Below are positions 25,315 to 38,801 of a stretch of DNA of 64,000 nucleotides, piece after piece. The DNA is from Vicugna vicugna (taxonomy: Eukaryota), in assembly GCA_013265495.1 (NCBI GenBank), contig MU058384.1, positions 247,622 through 311,621 on the forward strand, read 5' to 3'. How positions within the stretch are numbered: position 1 is the stretch's first letter; every line of letters starts with the position of its first letter. The notes beneath the pieces were generated by a model. It was not told where the DNA came from, searched no databases, and saw only the letters and a program-made list of their open reading frames with translations. The position numbers were made by a program, and so were the translations under genes.

Positions 25315-26229
25315 TACATTCTACTCTCAAGATTTATTAAAATAAGTTACATGGAGCCCATCACTCACTGATTACTAAGAGGCTTTTAAAATTATATACA
25401 AATAAATTATTTTTCAATCTTGATTTTTAGCTTCTAAGAATTTATTACAAACTGTAATCATATAGAATATAAGATTTGGAATAAAACTTTGAGATTATCT
25501 ACTGTATCTACCTAATGAAAATTATTCCTGTGTGTTCTTGGCAAGGTGCCAAAATCATACTCCCCTCCCCCTTTTTTCCCTAGACAAAGGAAGCAGTGAA
25601 TCATATTTATTTGAATATTTCAGAAAAAACTTATTAAATTGGCCCATAATATATATTCTTGTAATAGTAACACATTAGACCTAGATCTGACGTCTCGAAA
25701 ATGCTGAACCTGCATGTTATCTGCTTCTATGTATCATATAATTCATCTCCTTTGTAACCTAGCCCCAGAACAACTCAAACACTGTGCCCAAATACTGTGA
25801 TATGGATTTTGACTGTCAACTAATAGGTATTTTTTTCCATGATATTCTCATAAAGATGGTTAACACAGTATAGAAACCTTTTCTCATGTTATGTCATATC
25901 AGACATACTGCCGTTTCAAAATGGGATTTGTTTGGTTGTTGTTGTTCTGGTAAAAGAAAGAAGAGGCAGAAGAGAAAAGTCAAGTACATGAGTTTATTCT
26001 GCTCTTCTCTCCTTCGGGATACATTGTTGCTGCTATTATTGAATAGTTGATATAGAGATAAGTCTGGAGGAAAAACTTAATATGGTATGTTAAGGAAAAA
26101 TTTGGTGATTATCACACTGAGCAGCTGTACAGGAGTTGCCATCATGATTGCTATTACTTTATTACTTTTAGAGATTGGATTCCTGTTGTAGTCAAGTGTA
26201 AGTTCTTCTAGATATTGATGTTATATGAT

Positions 26230-26647
26230 CATGTCTGATTCTAAGATATTTCCTATTCCAAAGGGGTGTAAAGACTAGAAACTACATATCCTGACCTTTC
26301 TTGACATTGGGGATCAGTTATATTCAGCTGATGAGAGGCAATTTCATGAGACTGTGTAAGAGTAGAAGCCATTGTTCTCAGTGGTAGTGGAGGGTAAACG
26401 GGTGGGCTTTGCAGATGGCGTTTTGGGTTATGCTGTTGATAGTTATACTCTGAGGTGTGGTAGGCACTGAAATCATGAATGACTTCTAGAGATTCCTTCA
26501 CTTAGGAATTTCTTGAAAGTAGCCTTCCTGACCTTCATCCCTCCATCTCCCAACATTGCATTGGACTCTAATTCTGTGTATTAAACCCTTTCAGATGTGG
26601 AATATTTACAAAAGCTTCAATTTTAGTAACTGAACCTTCACTATTCA
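26230..26647 (+). mobile_element. ERVL LTR (LTR33/LTR41-like)
   Basis: gactagaaactacatatcctgacctttcttg...; 3' end aattctgtgtattaaacccttt...actgaaccttcactattca. Confidence 0.6.
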
Positions 26648-26934
26648 GTAGTGTGTATTTGGCATTCCTTGATGCTGGTAGTAGATGCTTTTGTTTTATT
26701 GATGGTTTATATGGTTATGTGAGGAAAACTTCAGAATTTAAAAAAAAATGGTTCTATTAAATTAACTATACGCCTCCTTCATACCCAAAGCTCCCATTGT
26801 TTTTCCTCATTGTTTCAAAAATGCTCTTTTAGAGATTTAAAAACTTGATACTAATGTATGATTAGTGTCTTTTGTAATGTCAAAAACTGAGGAAATGTGC
26901 ACTAAAGCAAAATTAATATAATGCCATTACATTA

Positions 26935-27358
26935 TGACAACTGTCTTCTTGATCAAACTCTTGACTTGCTCCTTTGAGCCTGACTAGATCCATCCTTGGG
27001 CATGTCCTTAAGAGTCCAGGTTAGCAAGAATCTTGTTAAGTGAGAATTTGCCACCCTGCATATCTGATCAAATTCCTCATCTCCTACTATCTCTGAAGGG
27101 ATAGCTGATCACCCTGACCTGCCTTTAGTAAGAATTGTGTTGGATCTCTTGAGCCAGAATCACCCCTCGCCCCTGAGGTTTCCATCCATTGACCCCCTTC
27201 AAACTTCTCCTTGGATATAAATCCCTACTTCTTCATGTTGTATTTGGAAATGAGCCCAGTATTATAATGAGGTCTCTTTTTCTCTATTGTAATAGTTCCT
27301 GAGTAAAATCTGTTTCTTTCTGCTTTACCTACTGTCTGGCTCTGGGTGTTCCTTAATA
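26935..27358 (+). mobile_element. ERV1 LTR (MER31-like), solo
   Basis: tgacaactgtcttcttgatcaaactc...ttagcaagaatcttgttaag...atatctgatcaaattcctcatc...ataaatccctactt...ctattgtaatag. Confidence 0.8.
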
Positions 27359-30300
27359 ATTTACTTTTATGTTATTTTATTTATTTAAAAATGTATTTAT
27401 GTTATAAAAGTCACAAATGAAATTTATCCAAAATTGGAATTAAAAAACACTGAGAAAATGAGGTAAAAATATCACCCTAGTCTTCTTATTCTTAGCTAAA
27501 GAGATACTAAGATAGGCTGGACCCTGGAAGATTCTTTGAGACCTGCAAATAAAATAGCAAATGTGAAGTTACACTGCATCACTCCAGGAACTACAGAAGT
27601 TAGTGTTCTCATTCAAGACTAGAAAAAAATCACAGTCTAGTGAATAGATTTGTGGTTACTTGTAAGTTGGAGGGCAAATAATAAATGACAACAAAGAAAC
27701 CAGCTCTTAGTGCAATAACATTAAAAAGTTAAATGATTTTTTTAAAAATACATCACTGGAAAAAATTAAGTTATTTTGAGATTTCACTTTATTCTTGTAG
27801 AATTGTTAACATTGCTGATTTTACCTAAATTATGGCAAGGATTAATTAGAAACCTAAAGCTCTGAAGGAAGTGGCTTAACTCTTTCCAGAATTTAGTAAC
27901 CGCAAGTCCTCGAAAACTCCCAAGGGCAAGTTTCATATTTCTGGCCTCGTTTAAGACTGAAATCATTTTTGGGGGAGAAATTTTGAACAGCTTAGAGGAA
28001 GCATCCAAAATTTCAATTGCTTCTCTGAAACCTTGGAATCCTGCCTGTTAATAATCTCCATGCTCTTTGCTTAGAATTTACCCACAGAATCAACTGACAG
28101 GAAACAGCCCATCACCACCACCCCGCAACAAGACTGTGCCAAAACACTCATCAGAAACCACAATGACAAAAATAGATCCTATTGACGACTGTGCAGTGAC
28201 TTAAGAAATGGATGTACTGATTTAAGCTATCTTTATTCTTTTTTCATTGTTTTGATGGTAGTGATAAAAAAGAAAGGCAAAGATATATAATAGCATCTGG
28301 GCAAACAGCTAGTGCACCAAGTCCAGCCCTATGTAATTTAAAATATTTGAGTTCTTGTAACATCCCTGAAAAGCATGGCTTTCAATACAAACACCGCAGA
28401 CATACAGTACAGAACATCTAACTACAGTCATGCTGCTGGGTAGAGCTTGCAGCAACAGCAACAATAATAAAAGAAAATTCTCTTTGTACAGCTGAATGGC
28501 TGCACTAGAATTTTCAGTGTTCAGATGTAATTAGAAAACAGCTGTGAAGGAAAATCAATTGTTCCTGGTAGTCAATGGCTAATTTTCCACAATCAAAATA
28601 AAGAATGCAATATGACATGTTTGTAATGAGCAAGTAATTGTTTCTCTTTTGTTTATTGTTTTAACATTTTTTCCTCTGTATTTGTGGGAGCTGTCATTTG
28701 CTTGCTTCAGGACAACTTCTCCCAGTCTCTGCTTCTCCCATCTATATTTAAAAACGAGCAACTGCCAAGCAGGCTACATAGTCCAGCTCAGTTTATTCAA
28801 GATTGTTTCACTTAGGATGGTGATTTGTGGACTAGCAAGGAAATGTTGTCCTTGCTTTTATGAATTCACAATAAAGCTTCCATAAATGGAATGATTATTA
28901 AACACTCGCATTTATTCATGGGATTTAATTTTGATTCATTCGCAAAGTTCTCATGTGTCAAAAAGATGCAGTTCTCAGAATTCATTGACCTGCTGCTCCA
29001 AGTGCCTCTGCATTGCAAAACAAAACTAAACTAAAACAACCACACGGCCCTTTTTTATATCTTTCTTCTATCATTAGCATAGACAGAAAGGGATTGCTGC
29101 AGCAGATGGATAGAAAAGTAAACCTCTGTGGTGACGTTTAGAATGTAGATGGATGGGAAATGAACTTCAATGCTACAGTAGGCCAATGAGAGTAAAATTG
29201 TTTTATCATGCAAAAGAGTCTTGTTGAGAAACACCAGGAGGAATAACACTCCTATGCTGCTTGCAGCTGATAAAAAAAGAAAAAAAATACATTATTTAAT
29301 ACTCTATATTGTTTCTTTTTTATGCTTGTATTTGTTCTGGAACATTCTTTGAAAGCTAATGTAGTGCCAGTGGAAGAGAGTGAAGTGAATAGTAAATAAG
29401 GGTTGAAATGAATACTGAAAAAGAGAGTGAAACAAAAGTAAATAGTAAATAAGTAAGTATCAGTTGCTGTATAATCTTGGGACATGTCTTAATTTTAGTT
29501 TCCCTTCTATTTCTTTATAAGAGAAAGATGATAATAAATAAATGAATATGAGCTCTTTCTTTTCCTAATAATTATGACAGAGTACACCAGTACATTAATT
29601 AATGGTTACAAAAGTTTAAAGTTCTGGAGGAAGGGCATTCTTCAACCTTTCAGAAGTGCATGGACAGCAACCAATAGCCAAAAGTGATAGTTTTGTGATA
29701 TCCTTTTATGCATGTGATTGACAAATGTTTGAAATATGGTTGAAATTTACTGAACATTTTGTCTTCAGAGAGCCTTCTCCAAAATCTGTATGGTGTTGCT
29801 TTTATACCATTTTCTAGGCCCCAAAAGGATGTTATGGGCCAAAGTAACAGATTATTAAAAAAAAAAAAAAAGGAACTCTATCTTTTTAGGAAGCAGTCTA
29901 AATTATTGGCTGGGAACTAAAGTTTGGAAACCACTGGTACAATTCAAATTTTGTGGCTAATAAATATTTTATATCTTAAACTGAAGAACATTTTTCAATG
30001 GCTAAGTTACCATGTAACTTTCTAATAAAACTTTAGAGGTGTAAATCTCCACCTTTTATCCTTCACTTGGGGAAGAATGCTGATAATTTAATATACAGAA
30101 TTCTCCAAATGAACCTCATATTTCCACCCTTCTTTACCTCTGCTTTTCCTTACCCTCAGCACAGGATGCTCTCTTTTCCCACTTCCTTTTTTTTTTTTTT
30201 TTTTAGGAAAGCACCACAGGCAATGTCAAGAGATGTTAGATTGATTTTAACTATATTTGTTTTTAAGACTAGAATGTCATATAGACAGTTTTAGATTTTG

Positions 30301-30494
30301 TTTGAGAAAGCCAATGGAAATTGGATTGAAAGACGAAATAATAGAAGAGGGCTGACACTTGGCATCCCAAGACTATAGGAAGAAGCAGTGTAATTGAAAG
30401 CTATTAAAGTGGTAGAATTATATATGCATTATAGGACCAGATAGCCAACATAAGTGAAGGAGAGAGACAATAGACAAAAGGATGATGGAATTCT

Positions 30495-32130
30495 CTACAT
30501 TTTCCAAGATGGTAGCTATTAAATTATTATATATAGTATACATATTATATATCACATACTTTCTACATGTAACCAGAAGCCTGTCAGCTACCACCCTGGC
30601 CATATATCTGATAAAAATGTCTTCTAGTCTGGTCACAGGTACAAGCATATGACTGAGGCTATGTCAGGTATTGTTTGTCTTTTAGAAATCTGAAAATTAT
30701 GGGACAACATACAGAGAGGGTAAAAGCTATTAGAATTATGTTAGAGTTACCTTATGACAGTCATGAAGGTTTCACGACGTCAGACTCCCCTGCTGCAATT
30801 TCCAAATCTTTGCTTTTCCTTGCTCTTCTCAGAACTTGTTTCTTTAGCTCTTTCTCTGATTTTATGATCAACCCAAGAACATTTCTAAGACATTCTTATC
30901 ACCTGACTCTCCCCATTATTTTATTCAGTTGGTTTGTGGTGTGTGACATTCAAATACATTGAAGTAATAAATAAACTGAAGTAATACAAAACTTAATACC
31001 TGAGAGTGGGTCACAGATAACTGATCTTGAGTGAACAGGGTAGTTTTGGAATCTGTCAGCAGACCAAGAGGAGGCAATGAGGAATAAAACACACCCTAGA
31101 CGGTAGGTAATGTACTAGCCATAATTGACAGTGGTAAAATACCTAATCAAATCCTGATTTATAAATCCTCTGAGACTATCTTCCTACTAACAGAAGCTCT
31201 GTAGAAAAGGCAGCTGCTTCCATAAACCAATTTTCATAGGATATAAGCAATTACAGAACCATGGGGAGAAATAGTTACTTCAGATACTTTGGAATTTTAA
31301 CATAAAAAATAAGCCCAGATTTTGAAATTTTTCCATCAAGTAATGGAATGAAAGTTAAGTTGGACTCTAAGCAGGAAAAACACACACACATACACACACA
31401 AACAAGACAAAAAAAACCCGACTGTTTTGGCAATAAAAATAACGGACAAAATCCATATTCAGAGATTGAGTCTAAATATTCCTGAAATTTTGCAGAGGCT
31501 GAAGTGGTACACTACTCAGCCAGGCTTGCTATATAAAGTTAGGGTGTTGGCTAGAATACTCTAAGTCATCTACACCAGGGATATCTTGGAATATGCAGAC
31601 AATTTAGAGAGACCCCTTAACCTCCAAATATCTTTATTCTCTAGCTGAAGAAATTTCTATTTTATATTCTTTGCTTACAGAAGATGTGATTCTATGATAG
31701 AAGGAGATAATTATTCTCTGAAATTCCACATTCTGGACCACAACTCTCATTGATGTTTTCCTTGCTGAATTAATAAAATCTGCTTTCTACAAGGTCATAA
31801 AATAGCACACGTAACTGACTTAGAAAGAAGAGTTACATATATAAGTAATTACAGGAATTTGGTACAGAATGTCATCAAAAACCTTATGGGATTTTTCTCA
31901 GTGAGGGTGAATATAATTTTCAAACAAGTTGGACTTTTTTTTTAAGCATATGCACTCGGCAGATAATTATCTATTATTTGCTTGGGAAGCCATGTGGCTA
32001 AAACAAACTTGGAATGAATAATGATCTACCCTATGTTCCAATTTTAAAATTTAAAACTCTCCATGTAGTATAGAGTATGCAGCGTAATGATAATGGGAAA
32101 TAAGGATGTTGAATTAATTCTGTCTTCTAC
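30495..32130 (+). mobile_element. Ancient ERVL: LTR (~30495-30975) followed by internal gag remnant
   Basis: LTR-like 3' end gttggtttgtggtgtgtgac...aata, then gagagtggggtcacaga. ERVL gag-like segments ctcagccaggcttgctatataaagttagggtgttgg and tataattttcaaacaagttggac...gcactcggcagataatt follow. Confidence 0.55.
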
Positions 32131-33010
32131 ATGACTCACCTGCTCTAGCTCCAATCCCTGCGTCCATACCCCTATATTCTGCCTTCTCTTCTGTTACAGA
32201 AATTGAAGTATTTCTGACCCTACCTGAGGCCAAATCCTCTACAAGTACTCTATATTCTCTCTAATCTATTCAAGGATGTTGATCCTGTAATTAACCTTTC
32301 TCACTCCATCATCAGGTTCTCCTGTCTACTAAATCATTTTTGTCATCTATAAACTTTTCCAGTCTTAAAAAAATTAAAGATAAACCTCATTATGTACCCT
32401 TCCTGCAAATGATTCTCAGTTTTTTTTTAATGGCAAAATGATCAGAAGAATTGTCTTAACTCACTTTGTCTGCTTCCTCTCCTCCCACTTTTTCTAGCAT
32501 TCTCTCCAATTCAGATTTTATTTTCACCACTCAGCATGAACAACTCATGTTAAAATTGCTGATGATATCTGATGTATTGCCAAATTTGAAATTCACTTGT
32601 CAGTACCCATACTGATAACTTAAAAGATACACCTGAAACGGGAACTTTTGTACCTCTTCTTGAAACACTTCATTCATGTGCCGTGTCTGCCATCACTCTT
32701 TCTTGGTTCATCTTTCCTTCTAAACCTTCTTTGTTGGTTTTTCCTTTTTTTTATTGAATCTAAATTTGGGAATGTCTCAAACTCAATTCTTGACCATTCC
32801 CTTTCTCTACATTTACCTCTAGTTGATTTTGTCCAGTCCCATGATTTGAATACCATGCAGAAAATGATGACTGCCAAATTTATATCTCAATTACCAATTT
32901 TTCTCCTGAAATTTAGCTTCCAGTCAAACAATGTTTGCTTGGATGCCTAGTAAGTAGGCTTATTAATATTATTATGTACACAATCTATGTATTGCTTTTC
33001 CAAAACCTCT
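32130..33010 (+). mobile_element. L2 RT region
   Basis: gaggccaaatcctctac..., accactcagcatgaacaactcatgttaaaattgctgatgatatc...ttgccaaatt...cttcttgaaacact (decayed HSTETAL..VTNDL..LLETL), cagtcccatgattt. Confidence 0.8.
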
Positions 33011-33039
33011 AAAATATTTTCCCAAGAGTTAATGTTCTC

Positions 33040-36000
33040 ATTGTGATACAGTATTCCAGTGTATAATTACACCACACTCGTATACCCATCTACTATTTGG
33101 CTTTATTCCAGGTGTATCTCTTACAAATAGTGCTAGCATGAATACTTTTTGAACATATTTGGAAAATATATATGTTTTTATATTAGGTATGTATATTAAA
33201 ATGGAATTGGACGGAATGTATGTGATCAACTTTAGTAGGTAAGAGCCAAAAGACTTCTGAACTGGTGTACAAGTATGCACACCCATCAACAGTGTATGAG
33301 GTCTTAACCTAAGGCACATTCTGACCAACACTTGGAACTTTATCTTTTTAATTTTGCTCTTATGGGTGGTGATTAGTAGTTTTTAGTTGTCATTTTATAT
33401 AAATTTCTTTCAGCACTATTGAATATGGGCATCTTTATGTATGTTCATTGGCCATTTGGTACCCTTTATAAGTGCCTATTTCAGACTTTTGCACAAGTTC
33501 TATAGGAATGACTGTTATTTTGTACAGGTTATTTAAATATTCTAGATATGAGTCCTTATCAGAATTGTGTATTGCAGACATTTTCTCTCAGACTATGACT
33601 TCTTGTCAGTCCTTAAATTTATAAATATAGTCAAAGTTATATTTTTTCCTTTACTGTTGTTGATATTTATGTGCTGTTTATCATATATTTTCTACCATAA
33701 AGGAAAAATATGATTCACCTATATTTTTGTCTAACAGCTTTACTGCTTTAACTTTTGTATTTAGATTTACAATCCATTTAGAACTAATTTTTTCTGTACA
33801 TTTTGAGAATAGAGGTGAATAGTCATTTCTTTTGATTACTATCATACTGACTATAAGATCAATTTAAAAAAAGTGGAAGTATTAACAAAACATATGAGTC
33901 TTCAAATCCATGAACATTTACCAGTCCTTTTATTTGGGTCTTCTTTAATTTAGCTCAATATTTTGTAATTTCTGTATAGATGTCAGTTAATCTTTCATTA
34001 CATTTATTGCTAGATATTTAATGACTGACAAGCCCATTATAAATTGATCCATTTTCAAATGTTAGTTTCTTTTGTTTATTGCTGGTATTGATAATTCATG
34101 TAAATCAGCCTTCTATCTAACAATTTGCTAAGTACGCTTATTTATTCTAATAATTTGTAAATATTTAGTAATGTCTATATTTATGACCATGTCCTTTGTG
34201 GAAAATTAATTTTATTTTTTCCTTCCCAAATTTTATACATTTTATTTATTTTTAATTGCCTTATTGTACTAACAAGGACTTGTACATTTATACCCAAAAT
34301 TGGTGATAGGGAGTATCCTCTTGCATTTCTGACCTAAGGATAATGCTTAAAATTTTCATTATTAAGTATCATGTTTGAAATAAATAGATTTTCTGTTGCT
34401 ACATTTAAACTGAATTTAAAAAAAAATTCTTCTACTGCCTGATTACTAAGAGTTTTAAAATGAATTCATTTTGAATTCCATCAAACCCTTTTTGTGTAGC
34501 TATTCTGATGATAAAATGACTTTAAAGTTTATTTTTTGAGTACGAATTGCATTGATTGAATTTCAGTTTTTATGCAAATCTTACATTCTTGGGATACAAG
34601 CAAATGGTATTTTCTTTTTTTATAGATAACTGGATTTGGTTTGCTAGTATTTATTTAAGATGTTTGCATTTATAGGAATATTTGTCTTTGAGTTTCTCTT
34701 TTTAATGGTTTTAATGATATTGGAGCAACAGATGTATCTGGTTTCAAACAATGACTTGGGAAGTGCTTTCTTCTTTTCTAATCTCAGAAGTTTATTTAAG
34801 ATTGCTGTTACTTCCACTTTTAAATATGGATGTGTTGTCCAATAAAAATAAGTGGTTTTGTGGACTTCATTCTGGGACATTTAAAAAATTTAATTTCTTT
34901 GATAAGTAATGCCTCTTCAGATTATTTATTTTTTTGTTAATTATAAGAATCATGTTTTTCCAGGAATCTGCTCATTTTACTTCAATTTTATAATTTAACA
35001 CAAATATGTTTATATTTTCTTATCTTTTTATGTCTTTTGAACCTATAATGATATGCTCTTTTTGTGTGTCAATTATTTGTGATTTTTTAAATTTACTTTT
35101 CTTGGTCAGTCTTGCTATAAGTCTATAGTTTTAAAAAAAGATTTCTTTAAATCAAATTTGATAATTTTTAATTTTGTCAGTGTACTTTTATCTTTCATTG
35201 TTATAGACTGAATATTTGTGTCTTTACCGAAATTTATGTGTTGAAACCTAATGCCCAAAATGATGGTATTTGGAAGTGGAGCCTCTGGGAGGTGATTAGG
35301 TTATAAGGGTGGAACCCTCATGAATGGGATTATAAAAGTGACCTCAGAGAGCTCCCACACCCCTTCTGCCATGTGAAGACACAGTGAGAAGGTGGATGTC
35401 TGTGAATCAGGTAGCAGGCCTTCACCATATGCTGCATATGCCAGTGAGTTGATCTTGGACTTCCCAATATGCAGAATTATGAGAAATAAATTTGTTGTTT
35501 ATAAGCCACCCAATCTATGGTATTTTTTATGGTAGCTCAGACAGACTAAGATAGTCATTGAGAGGTGGGTAATAAAGTTTTCCATTTGATTGTAGATTTG
35601 TCTATTTAATCATTGTGAAGCTACATTCTCAGGTACGTATAAATTTAGAACTGTTTAATATTCCTGGCAAATTAACTATTACTATGAAGTGTTGTTTTAT
35701 ATCACTTCTTCACTTAGAGTTAATGTGTTTGACATTAATATAGCTTTTGCTAGATGAGTATTTGTACTGTCATTTACCTTCAAACTTTCTGAGCCCAAGT
35801 GGAAAATCTACAGAGTGTAGGACTCAGGCTTCTCTTTGCCTCCGATTCCTGAGATTTTAACTTATTGCTAGGTCCTATCTTTATTGTCAGCTCTTACCTC
35901 CAATATTGCCTATTTAGTCATCTAAAATGTCCAAAAATTATTCTGGCTCTGTGGCTCTTAGCTTTGGCCTTTCACAGCAAATTTGCTGAAGACTCAGTAA

Positions 36001-36220
36001 ATTTGCTTATAGAAGAAAGATGTAAAGTGTCAGCTCACCTCTCTAGGATTCCTTTATCTCTGGATTCTTGATTCTTCAAGTTCTGTGAAACTCATCAGTA
36101 CTTTTATGCCTTCTTTTTAAAATTCATTTTATTCAGTGTTTCTTATGGTTCTTGCTTGGAATATTGGTCTGGTGCAGGCAATTCCATTATGGTCAGAAGA
36201 AGAAGTGTTAGAGTAATCAT
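33040..36220 (-). mobile_element. Old L1 (L1ME/MD-like) ORF2 remnants, interrupted by MLT1A
   Basis: Minus translations MLVRM..HTLLMG..P.QKSFGSYLLKL and LNKL.RLEKKKALPKSLFE..NANILNK are L1 ORF2-like. Confidence 0.8.
35199..35553 (+). mobile_element. MaLR solo LTR (MLT1A-like), full length
   Basis: tgttatagactgaat...gggaggtgattagg...ccctcatgaatgggatta...aataaatttgttgtttataagccaccc...gactaagata; TSD ttcat/gtcat. Confidence 0.92.
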
Positions 36221-36224
36221 TTAA

Positions 36225-36780
36225 AAACATGTATTTTGCATCAGTCCTCTGCTCTAAAAATTCACATCACACTTAATTAAAGCCAAAGTCATTACCAAGG
36301 CATAGAGTCCCCATATGATATTAACGGCTCAGATCTAATATTCTAGAATTCATCTCCTATTTCACTCTTCATTGTGCTTCAACCATTTTGACCTTTTGTT
36401 ACTATTCTTTGACATTCCAAGATTAGCACATACTTTCTGTACTTCCCGGAGTAGTCTTCCCCAAGTATTTGCATTACTTATTCCTTCTTTATATTTAATT
36501 CTCTGCTCTAAGGCCTTTTTATAAAGACCTGCTACATCAGTCCTTGACCTCTTGATGCTGTTTTTTTTTTTTGTCTTAATAGTCCTTATCTTCCCCCATC
36601 ATAGTAGATATTTATTTCTATTTATTCAGGGTTTGTCTCTTTCATCTCTCCAATAGATTATATATTTTGTGAAAACAGTGACCTTGTCTGCTTTGGTTGC
36701 TGCTGCTCAGTATACAGCATATGCAAGTTTTCCTGAAAGTATATACAAGATATTTAATAAATATTTGTGTATTATGTCAG
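36225..36780 (+). mobile_element. L2 3' part
   Basis: tcagtcctctgctctaaaaattc...aaagccaaagtc...ttgtctgctttggttgctgctg...atttaataaatatttg. Confidence 0.7.
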
Positions 36781-37095
36781 CCAACACTTTCACCTTGTCT
36801 TGCATTGTTATGCCCAGGAAATTTTACTTTCTCCCTGGGCATGGAAGAATAGATTGATGTGGAAATCCTGAAATCTTTATTAAAAATAAGAAGAAAAAGA
36901 AATAAATACAAAACATATAAGAACAAAAACAACAACCCCAAACTAATCAAACAAATATTTACTTGAGAATATGATAGAAATTCTGGTATAGATACTTCAA
37001 CTAAATTGTGAGTTCCTGAATGAAATAGTGTCAGGGCATGTGATAGATACTACCAATTACATATGTGATGGTTTGAACTCTAGAGGAAAAGAAAA

Positions 37096-38050
37096 GTATT
37101 TGTCTTTCTCTGTCTGGCTAATTTTACTTAGCATAATACCCACTAGGTACATCCATATTGTCACAAATGGCAAGATTTCATTCTTTTTTAAATGGCTGAA
37201 TAATATTCCATTGGATGTATATACCACATCATCTTTATCCATTCATCTGTTGATGTACATGTAAATTGCTTCCATATCTTGCCTATTATAAGTACTGCTG
37301 CAATGAATATATGGATTCATGTAGTTTTTGAATCTATAAAACAAAACAAGTAAACAAGCTTAACTAAACAGAAAGAGAGTGTAGACACAGAATAAACAGG
37401 TGGTTGCCAGAGTGGAAGGAGTTAGGGGGAAGAGAAAAATAGGCGAGGGAGATTAAGAGGGACAAATTTTCAGTTACAAAATAAATGAGTCACAGTTTTG
37501 AAAAATACACTGAGGGAAATATAGTCAATAATTATGTAATATCTTTGTATGATGACAGATGACAACTAGATTTATCATGGTGACCATTTTGAAATGTAAA
37601 CCAATATTGAATCACTATGTTGTGTACCAGGAACTGATATAGTGTAGTAGGTCAATTATACTGCGAGAACAAACAAACAGAGTCATAAGAAGAGATACTA
37701 GATTTGGGTCAGGGGATAGGGAGGATGGAGAATTGAATGAAGGTAGTCAAAAGATACAAATGTTTGGTTATAAGATAAATAAGTACTGCAATGTAATGTA
37801 CAACATCATAAATATAATTAACATTCTGTACATTATATATGAAAGTTGCTAAGAGAGCAAACCTAAAAGTTTCATCACAAAGGAAAAAACCCTCTTTTTT
37901 CTGTTTCTTTAATGTTATATCTATATGAGATGAAGAATGTTCACTAAATGTATTGTGGTAATTATTTCATGCTATATGTAAGTCAAATGCTGTACACCCT
38001 AAACTTAATACAGTGCTATAAGTCCATTTTATCATAATAAAACTGGAAGA
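37096..38050 (+). mobile_element. L1 insertion with 5' inversion (antisense 37096-~37330, sense 3' UTR ~37330-38050)
   Basis: The antisense piece translates NEILPFVTIWMYLVGIMLSKISQTEKDKY (ORF2 end). The sense piece continues gaatctataaaacaaaac...aataaaactggaag. Flanks aaaagaaaagtattt / gagaaaaaaggtattt. Confidence 0.85.
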
Positions 38051-38429
38051 GAAAAAAGGTATTTAGAAGTGATACAGGATTTGAGGAATAAAGCAGAACT
38101 CTACAGAAAATAAATGTCATTGTATATAGTTATAGGGAAAATAACCAGCAGAAATATTTTATTTACAATAAAATATCTTTATACAACTTGTGATAGGATA
38201 TGTAAAGATAAGGACAACATTAAGGAATATCTTGAATGAATTTTCTCAGCATAGATGGTAAAAACCTGTGAGTTAAGAGTTAAATAGAAGGTGCAGATGC
38301 AGAATGACTGGATGTAGCGTACTCTCTTTACAGATTTGCTCAGGAAAAGATTGGTGAAATCATTTTGCTGGAGGTGGAGAAGAAGAGGTCAGTTCTATGG
38401 AGTTTTTATTAGAATAATATATAGGCAGG

Positions 38430-38801
38430 TATTGTGGGCTGAATCGTGTATGTTTATTTCTTAACCCCCAGCATGTGACTCAATCTGTGACCGTATTTAG
38501 AGATAGGTCATTAAAGTTTGGTAATGAAGGTTGAAAGAGGTCATTAGAGAGGCCCCTAAACCTGTCAGCCTGGTATCCTTATAAGAAGAGAGGATACAGC
38601 ACATGGACACAGAGAGGAGCATGTGAAACAGAGGAGAAGATGGCCATGTACAAGCCAAGGACAGAGGCCCTCAGGAGAAACCAACCCTGCAGACTCCTCG
38701 ATCCTGAACTCTCAGCCTCCAGACAGAGAGGAAATACATTTCTGTTGTTTAAACAGCCCAGTCTGTGGTACTTTGTGTTGCAGCCCTAGTAAACTAATAG
38801 A
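38430..38801 (+). mobile_element. MaLR solo LTR (MLT1B-like)
   Basis: tattgtgggctgaat...tgtgaccgtatttagagatagg...gtatccttataagaagag...caagccaagg...gcagccctagtaaactaataga; TSD gcagg/gcatg. Confidence 0.92.

Noticed and set aside
29078..29117. Plus-strand mini-exon (IDRKGLLQQMDRK)
   Set aside because: The donor AAA|gtaaac is weak, the length is not a multiple of three, and the peptide is not recognised.
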